In this document: positions 1 to 10,248 of the stretch, piece after piece
How positions within the stretch are numbered: the first letter of the stretch is position 1
Layout: each line of letters opens with the position of its first letter
DNA from: Ostreococcus lucimarinus
Lineage: Eukaryota
Length of the DNA: 64,000 bases
NCBI GenBank assembly: GCA_000092065.1
Contig: CP000600.1
Reading direction: 5' to 3' (one strand)
Notes under the pieces: generated by a model
Told to the model about the DNA's origin: nothing
Databases searched by the model: none
What the model saw: the letters and a program-made list of their open reading frames with translations, nothing else
Program-made: the position numbers and the translations under genes

Positions 1-48
1 CGCGTTAGATGATGTTGTAGTCGTACATTTAGGGTTACAAGGTTGCTA

Positions 49-1143
49 CTACATGCGCGCTCGCGCGAAAAACGGCGTCGTGGTGTCAATCTTGACGGCG
101 TCGCCTCCCTTTCGCGCGCGGCGATATTTCTTCAAAAACTTTTCAATCTCATCGGCGACGAATTCGTCTTCGCTCGAGTGTAGTCCACGCGCCAATACGT
201 ACGATTTGACGCCGTGATGGAGCACGAGATTGCTCTGCGGAGCGCCGTTGACGTACGCGTACGTCTCCACCGCCGCCTTGCTCAAGTCGGCGACGTCGCC
301 CTTCAGGTAAAACATTCGTCGGTCAAAAATCGTCTTTTCCAGGTAAAACTGATCCGTGGTGAGCAGTAGCTTGGTCGTTTCAAACGCGCTCGTGGCGCTC
401 TGATGCACCATGTTCAGCCCGACGGCCCAAAAGGGGAGCGAAAAAGACGCGAAGAGCGGATTCGCGGCGTTCCACGCGCCGTAGGTCCACGTGCCCGTGA
501 TCGCGAACCACGGCACGCTGAACAGCAACGCCGCCGTGTTCACGCTCTGCGCCGGCACGGTTATCTCCAAAGCCGGCGTTCCGCTCGACACTTTCCGCGC
601 CCGCACTCTCGACCCCGCCGGCGCTCTCAACTCGACGGCGCGTCCGTATTCGTCGACGTTCGGCATCCTCGGCGTCCCGCGTCGCGCACCGACCGCGCCG
701 AACCCCCACGTCCCTCCCTTCGCGCCACTCGCGCTCACCAACGCCGCGATCGCCAAAACCGTCAAAACCGCGCTCGCTTTGACCGCGCCGTTCGCCAATC
801 CTCGTCCGCGCTCGCGCGCGTCGCCGTCGCCGTCGCTCCGCGGCGCCGGCACCGCGCGACTCGTCCACCCGCTCGGCACGTAATCCTCCGACCGCGCGTC
901 CAGGTAGTCGCGCACTTCCCGTCGTTTGTCCCAGTTCGTGTACACGACCCGCGAGTTCGCGCGCGTCTCGACGTTCGTCAGCGGGTCCCGCGCGCGTCCC
1001 GGCGCGCTGGACCAAAACTTTTCCAACGCCTCGCGTTCGTACGTGTTCCCGCTGCACGGCACGAACACCGGGTCGCGAAACATCGCGCGCGTGATCGGAC
1101 ACAGCAAGTGCGCGGGCTCGTCGGGGGGCTCGTCGGTCGACAT
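49..1143 (-). CDS. U-box domain protein (E3 ubiquitin ligase-like) with C-terminal hydrophobic segments
   Basis: N-terminal U-box motif LLCPITRAMFRDPVFVPCSGNTYEREALEKFW; two predicted TM stretches (LTVLAIAALVSASG; LLFSVPWFAITGTWTYGAWNAANPLFASFSLPFWAVGL); ATG confirmed at 1141-1143 on the minus strand. Confidence 0.6.
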   Translation of the reverse strand: MSTDEPPDEPAHLLCPITRAMFRDPVFVPCSGNTYEREALEKFWSSAPGRARDPLTNVETRANSRVVYTNWDKRREVRDYLDARSEDYVPSGWTSRAVPAPRSDGDGDARERGRGLANGAVKASAVLTVLAIAALVSASGAKGGTWGFGAVGARRGTPRMPNVDEYGRAVELRAPAGSRVRARKVSSGTPALEITVPAQSVNTAALLFSVPWFAITGTWTYGAWNAANPLFASFSLPFWAVGLNMVHQSATSAFETTKLLLTTDQFYLEKTIFDRRMFYLKGDVADLSKAAVETYAYVNGAPQSNLVLHHGVKSYVLARGLHSSEDEFVADEIEKFLKKYRRARKGGDAVKIDTTTPFFARARM

Positions 1144-1227
1144 CGCGCGCGCGGAACGGTGAGGAAAGGTGAGAATGACGCGCGCGGTTGTTACAGTCGC
1201 GCGAGCGGGACGCGAGCGAACGCGCGA

Positions 1228-1815
1228 TCACGCGTCGTACACGTCCGTCATGTCCGGCATGTCGTCGTCGGAATCGTCGACGTCGGGAAAATAATACGAC
1301 TTGTCCTCGTAGTTGGAAATCTTCTCGAGCGAACTGAGATCGAATTTGAACGCGGCGTCGGCGGCGGCTTCGTCGTCCTCGTCCATCCACGCGTCGAAGT
1401 CGGTGGCGACGAAGCGAGACTTTTCCTTCGTCAGCGATAACCTCGGCCAGTGCGCGCCGGGCGTCGTCTTACGAAATACCACTGTAAACGCGCGCGCGGT
1501 TCGTTTGATCTCCGCCTTGCGCGCGGGCGCGACCGCGCCGTACAGCTCGAGCTCGCACTCGAACGCCGCGCTCGCGTCGCTCGCCGACCCATCCTCTTCG
1601 GGTTCGCCTTCGTCCCCCAGGCGCGCGACGTACGACACGCGCACGATCGATCGCCCCGCACCGACGCTGTCCGCGTCCTCGACCTCGATCTCGATCTCCC
1701 GCGCGTCGCGCGCGTCGAATCGCAGGCTCAGGCTCGCGCGTCGCTGCGCCCAAAACGCCTTCGCCCGTCGTCGTTCCGTCGCCACCGCGCCGTCGTCGCG
1801 CGCGTCGATCGTCAT
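1228..1815 (-). CDS. p23/CS-domain HSP90 co-chaperone-like protein
   Basis: The C-terminal 195 aa of ORF 1228..2991 have a CS-domain pattern (AFWAQRRASLSLRFD..IEIEVED..RSIVRVSYV..FECELELYGAV..WPRLSLTKEK) and an acidic tail (FDAWMDEDDE..DDSDDDMPD). The upstream part of the ORF is Arg-rich filler, so the start was trimmed to the MTIDARDDG Met. Confidence 0.55.
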   Translation of the reverse strand: MTIDARDDGAVATERRRAKAFWAQRRASLSLRFDARDAREIEIEVEDADSVGAGRSIVRVSYVARLGDEGEPEEDGSASDASAAFECELELYGAVAPARKAEIKRTARAFTVVFRKTTPGAHWPRLSLTKEKSRFVATDFDAWMDEDDEAAADAAFKFDLSSLEKISNYEDKSYYFPDVDDSDDDMPDMTDVYDA

Positions 1816-1998
1816 CGCCCTCGCGCGTCGCGTCGCGCGATTTTTTTGTCGTCCGTCGCGCGCGTCGCGCGTCGCGTCGTCGCGTCGTCGCGCGCTCGAG
1901 TGTCGCGCGTCGTCGAGAAAACGCTCGCGTCGACCTCGAGCGTTTTCTTCGCGCCGTCGCCGCACTCCGCGCCCGCGCGCGCGCGTCGCCGTCTCGCC

Positions 1999-4383
1999 AT
2001 GGATCGCGCGCGCGAGCCCGCGGGCGACGCGGGCGGTCGCGCGCCGTCGCTCGACGCGCTCGACGCGCCCGATCGCGCGCGCGACGACGCGCGCGACGGC
2101 GCGAACGACGTCGAATGGCGAACGGTCAACGGACGCAAAAATGCGAAATCGTCGCGCGAGCGTCTCGCGCGGTCGTCGTCGTCGCAGTCGCGCGCGGAGG
2201 AGATCGCGGACGCGAGCGTCGCGAGGGTGAACGCGTACGAGGCGATCGCGCCGCCGGGAACGCCGACGCGAAGCGAGAGGGAAGGGGAGGGCGAGGGAAC
2301 GGAGGGACGAGACGCGAGACGACGCGCGAAGCGACGCGCGAGACGAGGCACGCGACGGACGAGCGCGGCGCTGCGCGTGCTGGGAGGCGCGAGCACGGGA
2401 GCGAGCGAGGATGAGTACTACGGAGAGGGCGCGGACGGCGGTTGGGGAATCGGAGGGATCGCGGCGCGAGCGGCGGCGTTGGCGGCGGCGACGGCGAGGG
2501 CGAGATTCGATACCGCGCGCGAAGCGACGACGACGCCGGATTCGGACGCGGCGGGGCGAGGGAAGGAAGAGGGCGAGGTGGTTCCGTTGATGATGCGGAC
2601 GTTTCCGCCGATCGGGGGGTCGAGACCGCCGTTGCCGGGACGAGCGACGGTGAGGGCGCCGATGTCGCCGCCGAGGCCGAGACCGCCGAAGACGCCGAAG
2701 ACGCCGAAATCGCCGACGACACTCGAGCGCACGAAAAGTGGGCGTCACGGAGGGGACGGGGAGGAGAGAGAGCATCAAAACGCGCTGGATTGGTTCTTTC
2801 ATCAGATGGATCTCGCCTTTGCGGGCGTCATGCTCGCCGTGTACGCGTTTTACGACACGGTGATGAAATTCATAGGTATCAAGGTTTTGCGCGTATCTCA
2901 GAGTTCTCGGAGCGTGCGACAGACGGAGGCTCGAGTGGCCGAAGAGCGCGCGGCCGTGGAGGAGTTTGAGGAGATTTTGTCGGCGCGGCAAACCGCGACC
3001 GAGGCGTCGTCGAGGTCGCCGTCGGCGAGCGACGTTGACGGCGCAAACCGCACGAGTCGACCTCGCACGCCTCCGAGCGCGTCGACGAGCGCGACGACGT
3101 CAAAACACGCGACGATACCTTCGGTTGAGCAGCGCGTGGTGGAAGAACGCGAGGAAGGTGAACTGACGCCGTCGCACGCTTTACGGCGACGACTAAGCTC
3201 GAGTCTCGGCGGCGCGTGGGGTGGCGGTGGCAACACGCCACCTTCGTTCCGAGTTGCGCGCGTCGACGAAGACGCGACGCACGCGCACAACGAGCTCGTC
3301 TCGTGCGTGGGCTCGCGCGGCGATGAATACATAACTGGAGGGTGGGACGGCACGCTGCGGACGTGGAAGTGGGATCCGACGAAAGGGCTGTCCGGAGGCT
3401 TGCCCATGACCGGACAGCACAACGACAACGTCGAGTTCCTGAGCGTCGACGCGAGAGAAGACCACGAGCGACTAGCGATTTCGGGTGGGCGCGATTGTAC
3501 GGTGCGCATTTGGGACGTCGCGAAGCGATCGCAGCGAAGTCGTATTTACGCGTTTGAAAACATCGCGAGCGGGTGCGTCGACTGGGAGTCGCAAACAGTC
3601 GCCGTGGGCTCACGAGGAGGCGCGGTGATGTTGTGGGACGCCGAAAAGGGATCCAAAAAGTGCACGCTTCGCGGGCACGATGGTGAAGTCACATCCATGT
3701 GCACGTACGATTGGTCCGAAGGTGGCGCCACGCTTTACGTCTCCGGCGGCGCTGACGGCACGGTTCGCGTGTGGGACGCTCGTCAGCATGTCGCCGTTGC
3801 GACGATGACGGAGCATCGTCGACGCGTGTACGCTGTGTGTCCGGGTCCAAAGGGTATCATCTTCGCCGGCGATTTTTCGTCGAACGTCAAGGTTCACTCT
3901 TTATCCAACCCGGGCGCGCTACCTCGCTTGCTGCCAAACGTGCCGAGCATGGACGGCTGCGAAGCCCCGATCGCGGGGTTGCAATACGTGAAACTCGACG
4001 GCATGAACGGTGGCGGCCTGTTGCTCTCAACCGCTGCTTACTTCCCGCTCAACGAAAACGGCGAGGAATCCGACGACGACGACGCTCCGCAAGGCTGCGT
4101 CCACGTTCGCGCCGTCGACGCCACGGGCGCCGGCGTCGGCCCGGTCTCCGACCAAGACGGCGACGGTTATATGTACACCCTGAAAGGCATCGAAGGGTTG
4201 CTCACGTGCGCGTCCCTCACCGCCACATCCGACGGTCATCGCATGCGTCTCGTCGTCGGCGCCGGATCTGGCGCGCTCGGCGCGTACGCCGAGGGCGGCG
4301 CGCTCAGCGGCCAAACCGCCGACGACGCCTACGCGTCCACCATCGAACGCGCCGACGACTTGGGCGTGGAATCTTTCGACTGA
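1999..4383 (+). CDS. WD40-repeat protein with one predicted TM segment
   Basis: C-terminal WD40 repeats (GGWDGTLRTWKWD, GGRDCTVRIWDV, GGAVMLWDAEKG, GGADGTVRVWDA). ORF 1450..4383 was trimmed to the MDRAREPAG Met because the upstream part overlaps the p23-like gene on the other strand. Confidence 0.55.
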   Translation: MDRAREPAGDAGGRAPSLDALDAPDRARDDARDGANDVEWRTVNGRKNAKSSRERLARSSSSQSRAEEIADASVARVNAYEAIAPPGTPTRSEREGEGEGTEGRDARRRAKRRARRGTRRTSAALRVLGGASTGASEDEYYGEGADGGWGIGGIAARAAALAAATARARFDTAREATTTPDSDAAGRGKEEGEVVPLMMRTFPPIGGSRPPLPGRATVRAPMSPPRPRPPKTPKTPKSPTTLERTKSGRHGGDGEEREHQNALDWFFHQMDLAFAGVMLAVYAFYDTVMKFIGIKVLRVSQSSRSVRQTEARVAEERAAVEEFEEILSARQTATEASSRSPSASDVDGANRTSRPRTPPSASTSATTSKHATIPSVEQRVVEEREEGELTPSHALRRRLSSSLGGAWGGGGNTPPSFRVARVDEDATHAHNELVSCVGSRGDEYITGGWDGTLRTWKWDPTKGLSGGLPMTGQHNDNVEFLSVDAREDHERLAISGGRDCTVRIWDVAKRSQRSRIYAFENIASGCVDWESQTVAVGSRGGAVMLWDAEKGSKKCTLRGHDGEVTSMCTYDWSEGGATLYVSGGADGTVRVWDARQHVAVATMTEHRRRVYAVCPGPKGIIFAGDFSSNVKVHSLSNPGALPRLLPNVPSMDGCEAPIAGLQYVKLDGMNGGGLLLSTAAYFPLNENGEESDDDDAPQGCVHVRAVDATGAGVGPVSDQDGDGYMYTLKGIEGLLTCASLTATSDGHRMRLVVGAGSGALGAYAEGGALSGQTADDAYASTIERADDLGVESFD

Positions 4384-4515
4384 ACCGCGCGAAACGACCG
4401 AAATTAAACAATCATAGACCGACTATTTTTCTTCAATACGACGCGCCCGACATTCGTTCCGCCCGAGACGCCCGCCTTCGTCGCTCCGCGTCGTCACTTC
4501 GCGTCCCGCCTCATC

Positions 4516-5049
4516 ATGTTTCGCAAGTACCACGTCGACGGCGTGCAGCAGCTCAAATCCAGCGTCCAGCGCGGGATACGAGCGAAGATTTCCGACCAGT
4601 ATCCCGCCCTGGACGACGCCCTGGACGATTTGATGCCCAAGAAAGCCACCGTCGTCATCGGCAAGTGCGAACACAAAACCAACGTCGTGCTCGTCGACGA
4701 CGAGCCGCTGTTCTTCAATCAGCGCGATGGGCCGTACTTTCCGACGCTGCGCGTGTTACACAAGTACCCGGACATGATGCCCAAGCTCCGGGTGGACAAG
4801 GGAGCGATCAAGTTTGTGATTTCCGGCGCGAACATCATGTGCCCGGGGTTGACGTCGAGCGGGGCGACGATGCACGACGAATGCGAGGAAGACGAACCGG
4901 TGGCGATATACGCGGAAGGAAAGGAACACGCGCTGGCTGTGGGTATCACGAAGATGAGCACGGAGGCGATGCGGACGGTGAACAAAGGAATCGGGGTGGA
5001 TTTGGTGCACTATTTGAAGGATGGCTTGTGGGAAGCGACGGCGAAGTGA
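4516..5049 (+). CDS. MCTS1: MCTS1/Tma20-like PUA-domain protein (translation re-initiation factor)
   Basis: Collinear match over the whole protein to MCTS1 (QLKSSVQRGIRAKI, LMPKK, FFNQRDGPYFPTLRVLHKYP, VDKGAIKFVISGANIMCPGLTS, AEGKEHALAVGITKMS, VNKGIGV, HYLKDGLW). Confidence 0.9.
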   Translation: MFRKYHVDGVQQLKSSVQRGIRAKISDQYPALDDALDDLMPKKATVVIGKCEHKTNVVLVDDEPLFFNQRDGPYFPTLRVLHKYPDMMPKLRVDKGAIKFVISGANIMCPGLTSSGATMHDECEEDEPVAIYAEGKEHALAVGITKMSTEAMRTVNKGIGVDLVHYLKDGLWEATAK

Positions 5050-5227
5050 GAAAACGAGTCGGCGAGCGCGAACGCATTTGTAGAAACTAGATGAATATAT
5101 TTATAGAGACGAAACGTTCGTGTGAGAGTGTGTATCTAACTAATCGAGCCTCGAGTCGAGAGGACTCGTTCGCCGCCGTCGCCATCCCAAGCCGCTCCCG
5201 CGCGCCGCCTCGCAATCGACCGACCCG

Positions 5228-5848
5228 TCAGTCGTTATTCTTCAACCCGCCTGACCCGCCCGCGCTCGCGCCCGCAAACTTCGGCTTCCCCGTCGTGAAC
5301 GGCACGTATTTATGCTTAATCATGTGCTTCACCTGCTGTTTCATCGTCATGAAAAACAACATGATGAAGTACATTAACAAAATCGGCCAAAACACCGGTA
5401 TGTCGAACATCGGCATAAACGTCATCGCGAACGCCGTCCCGATCGACTTCAAGCTCATCCACCAAAACTTAAACTCCGGCAATCGCCGCACGAACGGTTT
5501 GAATTCTTGTTCGTTGCTCGTCGGCAGCGACGGTCCATCGTCGCCGTCGTTCGACGCGCGCAGCGATTCGGGATCGTTTCGCGGGCTCAGAAATCCAATC
5601 AACAGGTTCAGGTTATAGATCCCCAGCCCGTACGTCACGATGTAGTACCCCCGCAGAAAGTACGCGCGAATCGCGTACACCAGCGCGACGCACGCGTACG
5701 CGCTCCACCGTTCGGCGCGCTTCGGGACAGATTTATCGAGAAAGATTTGAAGACGCTGCGCGAGTTTCGCCTGCGCGCGCGCCAACGGCGAGGACGATTC
5801 GTCCGTCGGCGCGCTCGCGCCGTACGCGTACGATTCCCCCGGGTTCAT
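5228..5848 (-). CDS. RER1: RER1 (retrieval of ER membrane proteins)
   Basis: RER1 signature blocks (FLDKSVPKRAERW, YFLRGYYIVTYGLGIYNLNLLIGFLSP, DDGPSLPT, EFKPFVRRLPEFKFW, FDIPVFWPILLMYFIMLFFMTMKQQVKHMIKHKYVPF). ORF 5228..6265 was trimmed to the MNPGESY Met. Confidence 0.85.
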   Translation of the reverse strand: MNPGESYAYGASAPTDESSSPLARAQAKLAQRLQIFLDKSVPKRAERWSAYACVALVYAIRAYFLRGYYIVTYGLGIYNLNLLIGFLSPRNDPESLRASNDGDDGPSLPTSNEQEFKPFVRRLPEFKFWWMSLKSIGTAFAMTFMPMFDIPVFWPILLMYFIMLFFMTMKQQVKHMIKHKYVPFTTGKPKFAGASAGGSGGLKNND

Positions 5849-5933
5849 CGCGCGTCTCCCGGCGCGCACCGCGGCGCCGTGTGCCGCGCGGCGCGCTCGA
5901 ACGCGCTCGAACGTCCACTCGCGAATCGTCACG

Positions 5934-6704
5934 ATGCGACGCGCGCCGCCCGTCGCCGACGCGCCGCTGCGTCGCGCCGCGACCGGCGCGCTCGTCGTCG
6001 TCGATGACTTCCTGCCGCGCGCGACGGCGGCGCGCATGCGACGCGAGCTCGAGCGCGCGCCCGAAAGCGCGTGGGACCGCGCGGACGCGAACGACGACGA
6101 CGACGCGGAGGACGTCGCGCACGCGTTCGACGCCTCCACGGCGGTGCGCGCGGTGAGCGCGTTCACGAGCGTCGGGTTCGAGATGCAGCGCGCGGCCGAG
6201 GACGACGCGCGCGCGCGCGAGGACGACGACGACGAGGATTGGCGCGCGCTGGTGCCGAGCTTCACCGCGAGTCGATACGCGAACGGACATAAGATCGATC
6301 CGCACGACGACGCGGCGTACGCGCCCGTCGAGCTGGCGAACGGTGGATTCGAGATGCACCTGCGCGCGTACGCGGTGGCGTATTACTTGACCCCGGATGA
6401 TTGGGACGTCGAACGCGACGGCGGCGCGTTCGTCGACATGGACGACGAGACGGCGCCGGGAAAGACGATCGAGCCCAAGTTTAATCGATTGGTCGTGTTC
6501 AAGGTGCCTCGCGTGCACGCGGTGGCGCCGGTGACGTCCGAAAATCGGCGACGACACGCCATCTTCGGATGGTTTTATCGGCCCGCGCGCGAGGACGAGC
6601 TTCCGTCGAGCGACGCCGACGACGCGAGCGCGAGCGACGCGAGCGACGCGAGCGAGTCGCGCGCGCGGAAACGGAAACGGGCGCGTCGCGAGCGCGGTGA
6701 GTAG
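5934..6704 (+). CDS. 2OG-Fe(II) oxygenase superfamily protein (prolyl-4-hydroxylase-like)
   Basis: HxD...H iron-binding triad (NGHKIDPHDD ... RVHAVAPV), a 2OG-binding Arg (RRHAIFGWFY) and a P4H-like N-terminus (VVVDDFLPRA). Divergent from RER1 with an 85-bp spacer. Confidence 0.6.
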   Translation: MRRAPPVADAPLRRAATGALVVVDDFLPRATAARMRRELERAPESAWDRADANDDDDAEDVAHAFDASTAVRAVSAFTSVGFEMQRAAEDDARAREDDDDEDWRALVPSFTASRYANGHKIDPHDDAAYAPVELANGGFEMHLRAYAVAYYLTPDDWDVERDGGAFVDMDDETAPGKTIEPKFNRLVVFKVPRVHAVAPVTSENRRRHAIFGWFYRPAREDELPSSDADDASASDASDASESRARKRKRARRERGE

Positions 6705-6830
6705 ATTCAGTAGTTTGGATTAGATGAGATTAGATGAGATTAGCTATTCGGTCGACGAGACGGCGCGTCCGGCGAAAAGTTCGAGCTCGCCGCGCTCGCG
6801 CTCGCCGCAGTCGTCGACTCGCGGCGACCG

Positions 6831-7916
6831 ATGCGTCGCGCGCTCGAGCGCGCGCTTCGCGAGCGCGCGCGCGATGCCGCGCGCGTCGACGCGCGCGCGG
6901 TGCTCGCGCGATGCGAGGCGTCGAGCGCGCGGGACGCGGCGTCGAGCGCGCGCGCGAGGCTCGCTCGGGCGACGACGACGACGCGCGCGATGGCGAGCGA
7001 CGCGCGCGGGCGCGACGCGGCGGTTCTGGCGTTCGCGCGCGTTCGTGGGTTCGCCGCGAGCGCGCGCGCGGAGACGGAGACGACGTCGACGCGCGACGAC
7101 GAAGGCGACGACGAAGGCGACGGCGACGACGAGACGACGGTGAACTCGAAACGAGAGCAGATGCGAGACGAAAGGAATTTCAACGCGCCCAACGCGCTGT
7201 GCGTGGGCAGAATTGTCGCCGGTCCCGCGCTGGCGTACGGCGTCGCGAGCGGCGCGTCGCCGGAACTCGTGCTCGGCGGCGTCGCGGCGGCGGCGTTTAC
7301 GGATTATTTGGATGGATTTCTCGCGAGACGGTGGAAGCAAGGGACGATTTTGGGGAGTTATCTCGACCCGATCGCGGATAAGGTGTTCGTTGGGTGCGTG
7401 GGGACGGCGTTGGCCTTGGAAGGGTCGCTTCCAGTGTGGCTCGTGGGGTTATTGGTGAGTCGCGACGCGATTCACGTCGTCGGCGGGGCGTGGCGACGCG
7501 CGGGCGCGTTGGGGTGGAAATGGAAAACCGTGGGAGAGTTTTTAGGATTTGACGATAAGCCCGTGAGTCGACCGCCGCCCACTGGAGCGGCCGCGCTCGC
7601 GGGGTTCGATTTTGACGAAGTCGAGCAGCTCGGGTCGAAGCGCGGGGCGCTGAGGCCGCTCTTCATCGGCAAGGTGAATACGGCGCTGCAAATGGCGCTC
7701 ATCACGTTCGCCGTGAGCGAACCAGTGTTCGCGGCGCATGCAGGATCGCCGATGATGGCGCCCGCGCTCGAGCTCGTAGCTGATAGAACAGTGCGCGTCA
7801 TTCTGGAATACGCCACGGCGGCGTCCGCCGTCGTCGCCACGGCTGAGTACACTCGCATCTTTCTCGCTCATCCCGGTTTCGACGCGGACGGGCAAATTAA
7901 AGTGAGGAAAAAGTAA
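6831..7916 (+). CDS. CDP-alcohol phosphatidyltransferase (cardiolipin/PGP synthase-like), likely organelle-targeted
   Basis: CDP-OH phosphotransferase motif [28 protein letters not shown]; multiple TM segments; Arg/Ala-rich presequence-like N-terminus; an alternative start is at the Met near 6990. Confidence 0.65.
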   Translation: MRRALERALRERARDAARVDARAVLARCEASSARDAASSARARLARATTTTRAMASDARGRDAAVLAFARVRGFAASARAETETTSTRDDEGDDEGDGDDETTVNSKREQMRDERNFNAPNALCVGRIVAGPALAYGVASGASPELVLGGVAAAAFTDYLDGFLARRWKQGTILGSYLDPIADKVFVGCVGTALALEGSLPVWLVGLLVSRDAIHVVGGAWRRAGALGWKWKTVGEFLGFDDKPVSRPPPTGAAALAGFDFDEVEQLGSKRGALRPLFIGKVNTALQMALITFAVSEPVFAAHAGSPMMAPALELVADRTVRVILEYATAASAVVATAEYTRIFLAHPGFDADGQIKVRKK

Positions 7917-8031
7917 GAGCGACGCGGCGGCGAACAAGTAGTACAGAATTCTGTGGTATTAGTAATGTAAGAAGTGAATTAGATGTGTGTAAGCGGCGCA
8001 TCTATGATTCGTCGAACATGAATGGACTCTT

Positions 8032-10182
8032 CTAGCGTGAGTCGTCGATGTCTCTCATGAATCGGTGAGTGGCTTCTTCTAGCGGAGTTCGTACAACACG
8101 AACGGATTCTCGCGTGAGACGATTGCGGATGCGCATCTTGACGGCGCGCGCTCGAGGCGCGCTCCAATTGTAGCATAGCATATTAGCACAAACCAAAGAT
8201 TCGCCAGGTTGAAGGTTTCGTACGTCGCTCAAGTTGGCTTCCTGCAGTGCCGCGTTACGTGCAATGTGATCAAACCAGCGCGCAGAGTTGAACTGGTGCA
8301 AAACGTGCACCGTCGCGAGCTCGACGAGGGCCTCAGGAATCGCGAATGGGCTCGTCGTGCCGACGACGAGACGCGTGTTTGTCCGATGCATCGTTCGAGC
8401 GGCGTTCACAAGTTGACCAGCAAATCCCGCTCGCGAGCCGAGGCTGAGCAACAGATCCGCGTCATCGATTACGATGAGCTTTTTCGGTGGGGAGCGTCGG
8501 TTCCGTGCGGTCCGTTTCAACGGGAGATCCATTTTTTGAAACATGCTGAGAGCGACTTGGAAGATGGCGTCTACAAAATCCGGCTCGTACTCCGAATGCG
8601 TCACGTCGACGACGTTGAGCGCGTCGACGAGCACGGCTTGTTCGAACACGCGCATCACTACGCCCTCGACGTGAACATTTTCGTAGTTTTCGTAGATGAA
8701 TGATTTGACTTGCTGCGCGCGCGCAAGGAGTAACTGTCCACGACTTCCATCTCTCTGGGCTCTAAAGCTGTCGCACAATCCTTCAAAAAATTGTTTGAAC
8801 GAAGTCCGGTGACGAATCATCTTCAAAATCTGCTCGTCATCTTCTATGCCGAGCATAATGCACAAGTGCTCGCTCGTGAGCGAATTCCATCCGAAAAGTA
8901 GTGGCGAAACCATTCCGACGAAACCATTCCGATCGTACTCGTCGCAGATTTCTGGAGCGCGACTTTCGATATGTTTGGGCGCCGAGAGCACTTTGACATT
9001 AGGCGCGCGACAGTTGGAATTTTTGCCACAGAGCGTTTCCAAATGTAGACTCAAGACGGATAACCCGAGAAAATTCGCAAGCGATGCATCTTTAGAAAAG
9101 GCGTCGGTCGTCGAAGTGCTAAACGTAATCGCCGTCGTCCAGTCCTGTGGCGGGTCAACCATTCCCTGACGCATCAAACAGTTTTCGACGAGTACATCGA
9201 CGGTGTGAGACGTACTCGCCCCGGGTGCGCCGTACACCAGACCACAGAACGGAATGCCGACGTCCATGAACATTTCTCTCTTATCGACGAATTCGTTTTG
9301 CGCAAAATGCTTCGGAACGTCGAACAGCGTTCCCAAGACGGCCATGTCTCGAGCCGTCTCGTCGACTCTGTCGTGGCTCACAAGCGTCGGACGCGCGTCT
9401 CTCCACGCGCGGCCGACTGACCTATCGCACATGTACGCCAACACACTCGCGGCGCCGGCGGACTTGTCTAAAGCGATAGGAGAGGAGTCCGTCCCGTGCT
9501 TCGGCGAAATCTCCGCGCTGTCGTCGAAAACCGGCGCAGGCGACCCCGATCGCTCGCTCCCGGCACTTTCCAGCGCATCATACACATTCCGCACTCGCAC
9601 CGGCGGCGGCGCCTTCTGTTCCACCACGCTCGCAAATTTCGCCGCCTTCGCCGTTTCCTTCGCCGCGTGCGCCAGTTCCTGATGTCGTCTCGTCCGCGCG
9701 TGTTGCAACCAATTATTCGCCAAATTCGCCTCTCCGCTGCCCCGAATCGTCACCGCGCACGTCTCGCACGTCCTCGTCGGGAATTCCAACGCCGATTCCC
9801 CCACCGTCGCGCGCGCTCTCCCTCCCGGCTCCCTCTTCTCGAGCTTCGTCCTTCGTCGCCGCTCCGCGTTCAGCAAGTGTTCCTCCGAGTTCGCGTGTCG
9901 CCCCCACGCCGCGAAGAACTGCTTCTTATCGTCCTCGTTCACCTCGAAGTTCTCGCACAGCGTGCACTTGCGATGGTACTCCCGCTTCGGCGTCGTCTCG
10001 CGCGTCGCGCCGTCGCCGTCGCCGCGGACGCGCGCGCCGCACGCGCCGTCCCGATGTTTCGCGAGCGCTAAACTCGCGAGCGTTTCCGACGCCCCGAAGC
10101 ACACCTCGCCGCACCGCTCGCACGACGCGCACCACGCGTCGTCGTCGTCGCTTTCGTCCGACGTCTCGCTCGACGCGCGCAT
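8032..10182 (-). CDS. Hypothetical protein: C2H2/U1-like zinc-finger motifs plus a P-loop NTPase-like domain with degenerate Walker A
   Basis: Cys/His clusters (WCASCERCGEVC, HRKCTLCENF..H..EEH, CETCAV..HARTRRH). Walker A-like GLVYGAPGASTS lacks the Lys; Walker B is LIVIDDADLL. ORF 8032..10755 was trimmed to the MRASSETSDESDDDD Met because the upstream part is Arg-rich filler. Confidence 0.5.
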   Translation of the reverse strand: MRASSETSDESDDDDAWCASCERCGEVCFGASETLASLALAKHRDGACGARVRGDGDGATRETTPKREYHRKCTLCENFEVNEDDKKQFFAAWGRHANSEEHLLNAERRRRTKLEKREPGGRARATVGESALEFPTRTCETCAVTIRGSGEANLANNWLQHARTRRHQELAHAAKETAKAAKFASVVEQKAPPPVRVRNVYDALESAGSERSGSPAPVFDDSAEISPKHGTDSSPIALDKSAGAASVLAYMCDRSVGRAWRDARPTLVSHDRVDETARDMAVLGTLFDVPKHFAQNEFVDKREMFMDVGIPFCGLVYGAPGASTSHTVDVLVENCLMRQGMVDPPQDWTTAITFSTSTTDAFSKDASLANFLGLSVLSLHLETLCGKNSNCRAPNVKVLSAPKHIESRAPEICDEYDRNGFVGMVSPLLFGWNSLTSEHLCIMLGIEDDEQILKMIRHRTSFKQFFEGLCDSFRAQRDGSRGQLLLARAQQVKSFIYENYENVHVEGVVMRVFEQAVLVDALNVVDVTHSEYEPDFVDAIFQVALSMFQKMDLPLKRTARNRRSPPKKLIVIDDADLLLSLGSRAGFAGQLVNAARTMHRTNTRLVVGTTSPFAIPEALVELATVHVLHQFNSARWFDHIARNAALQEANLSDVRNLQPGESLVCANMLCYNWSAPRARAVKMRIRNRLTRESVRVVRTPLEEATHRFMRDIDDSR

Positions 10183-10248
10183 CGAGCGTCGCGTCGCGCG
10201 GAGAGAAGTGACGCGCGGGGTCGTTGACCGAGATCGACACGACGACAG

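Noticed and set aside
380-1440. Long Arg/Ala/Gly-rich ORFs on alternate frames and antisense strands. Examples: 380..1390, 403..1440, 22852..23589, 22901..24397, 47733..48545, 48235..48819, 62620..63372, 40552..41280.
   Set aside because: Homopolymer-like Arg-rich translations are typical of stop-codon depletion in about 65% GC DNA. They overlap well-supported genes in another frame and have no domain content.
6716-6740. Direct repeat gattagatga x2 after the 2OG-oxygenase stop.
   Set aside because: Too short to interpret; likely incidental 3' UTR sequence.
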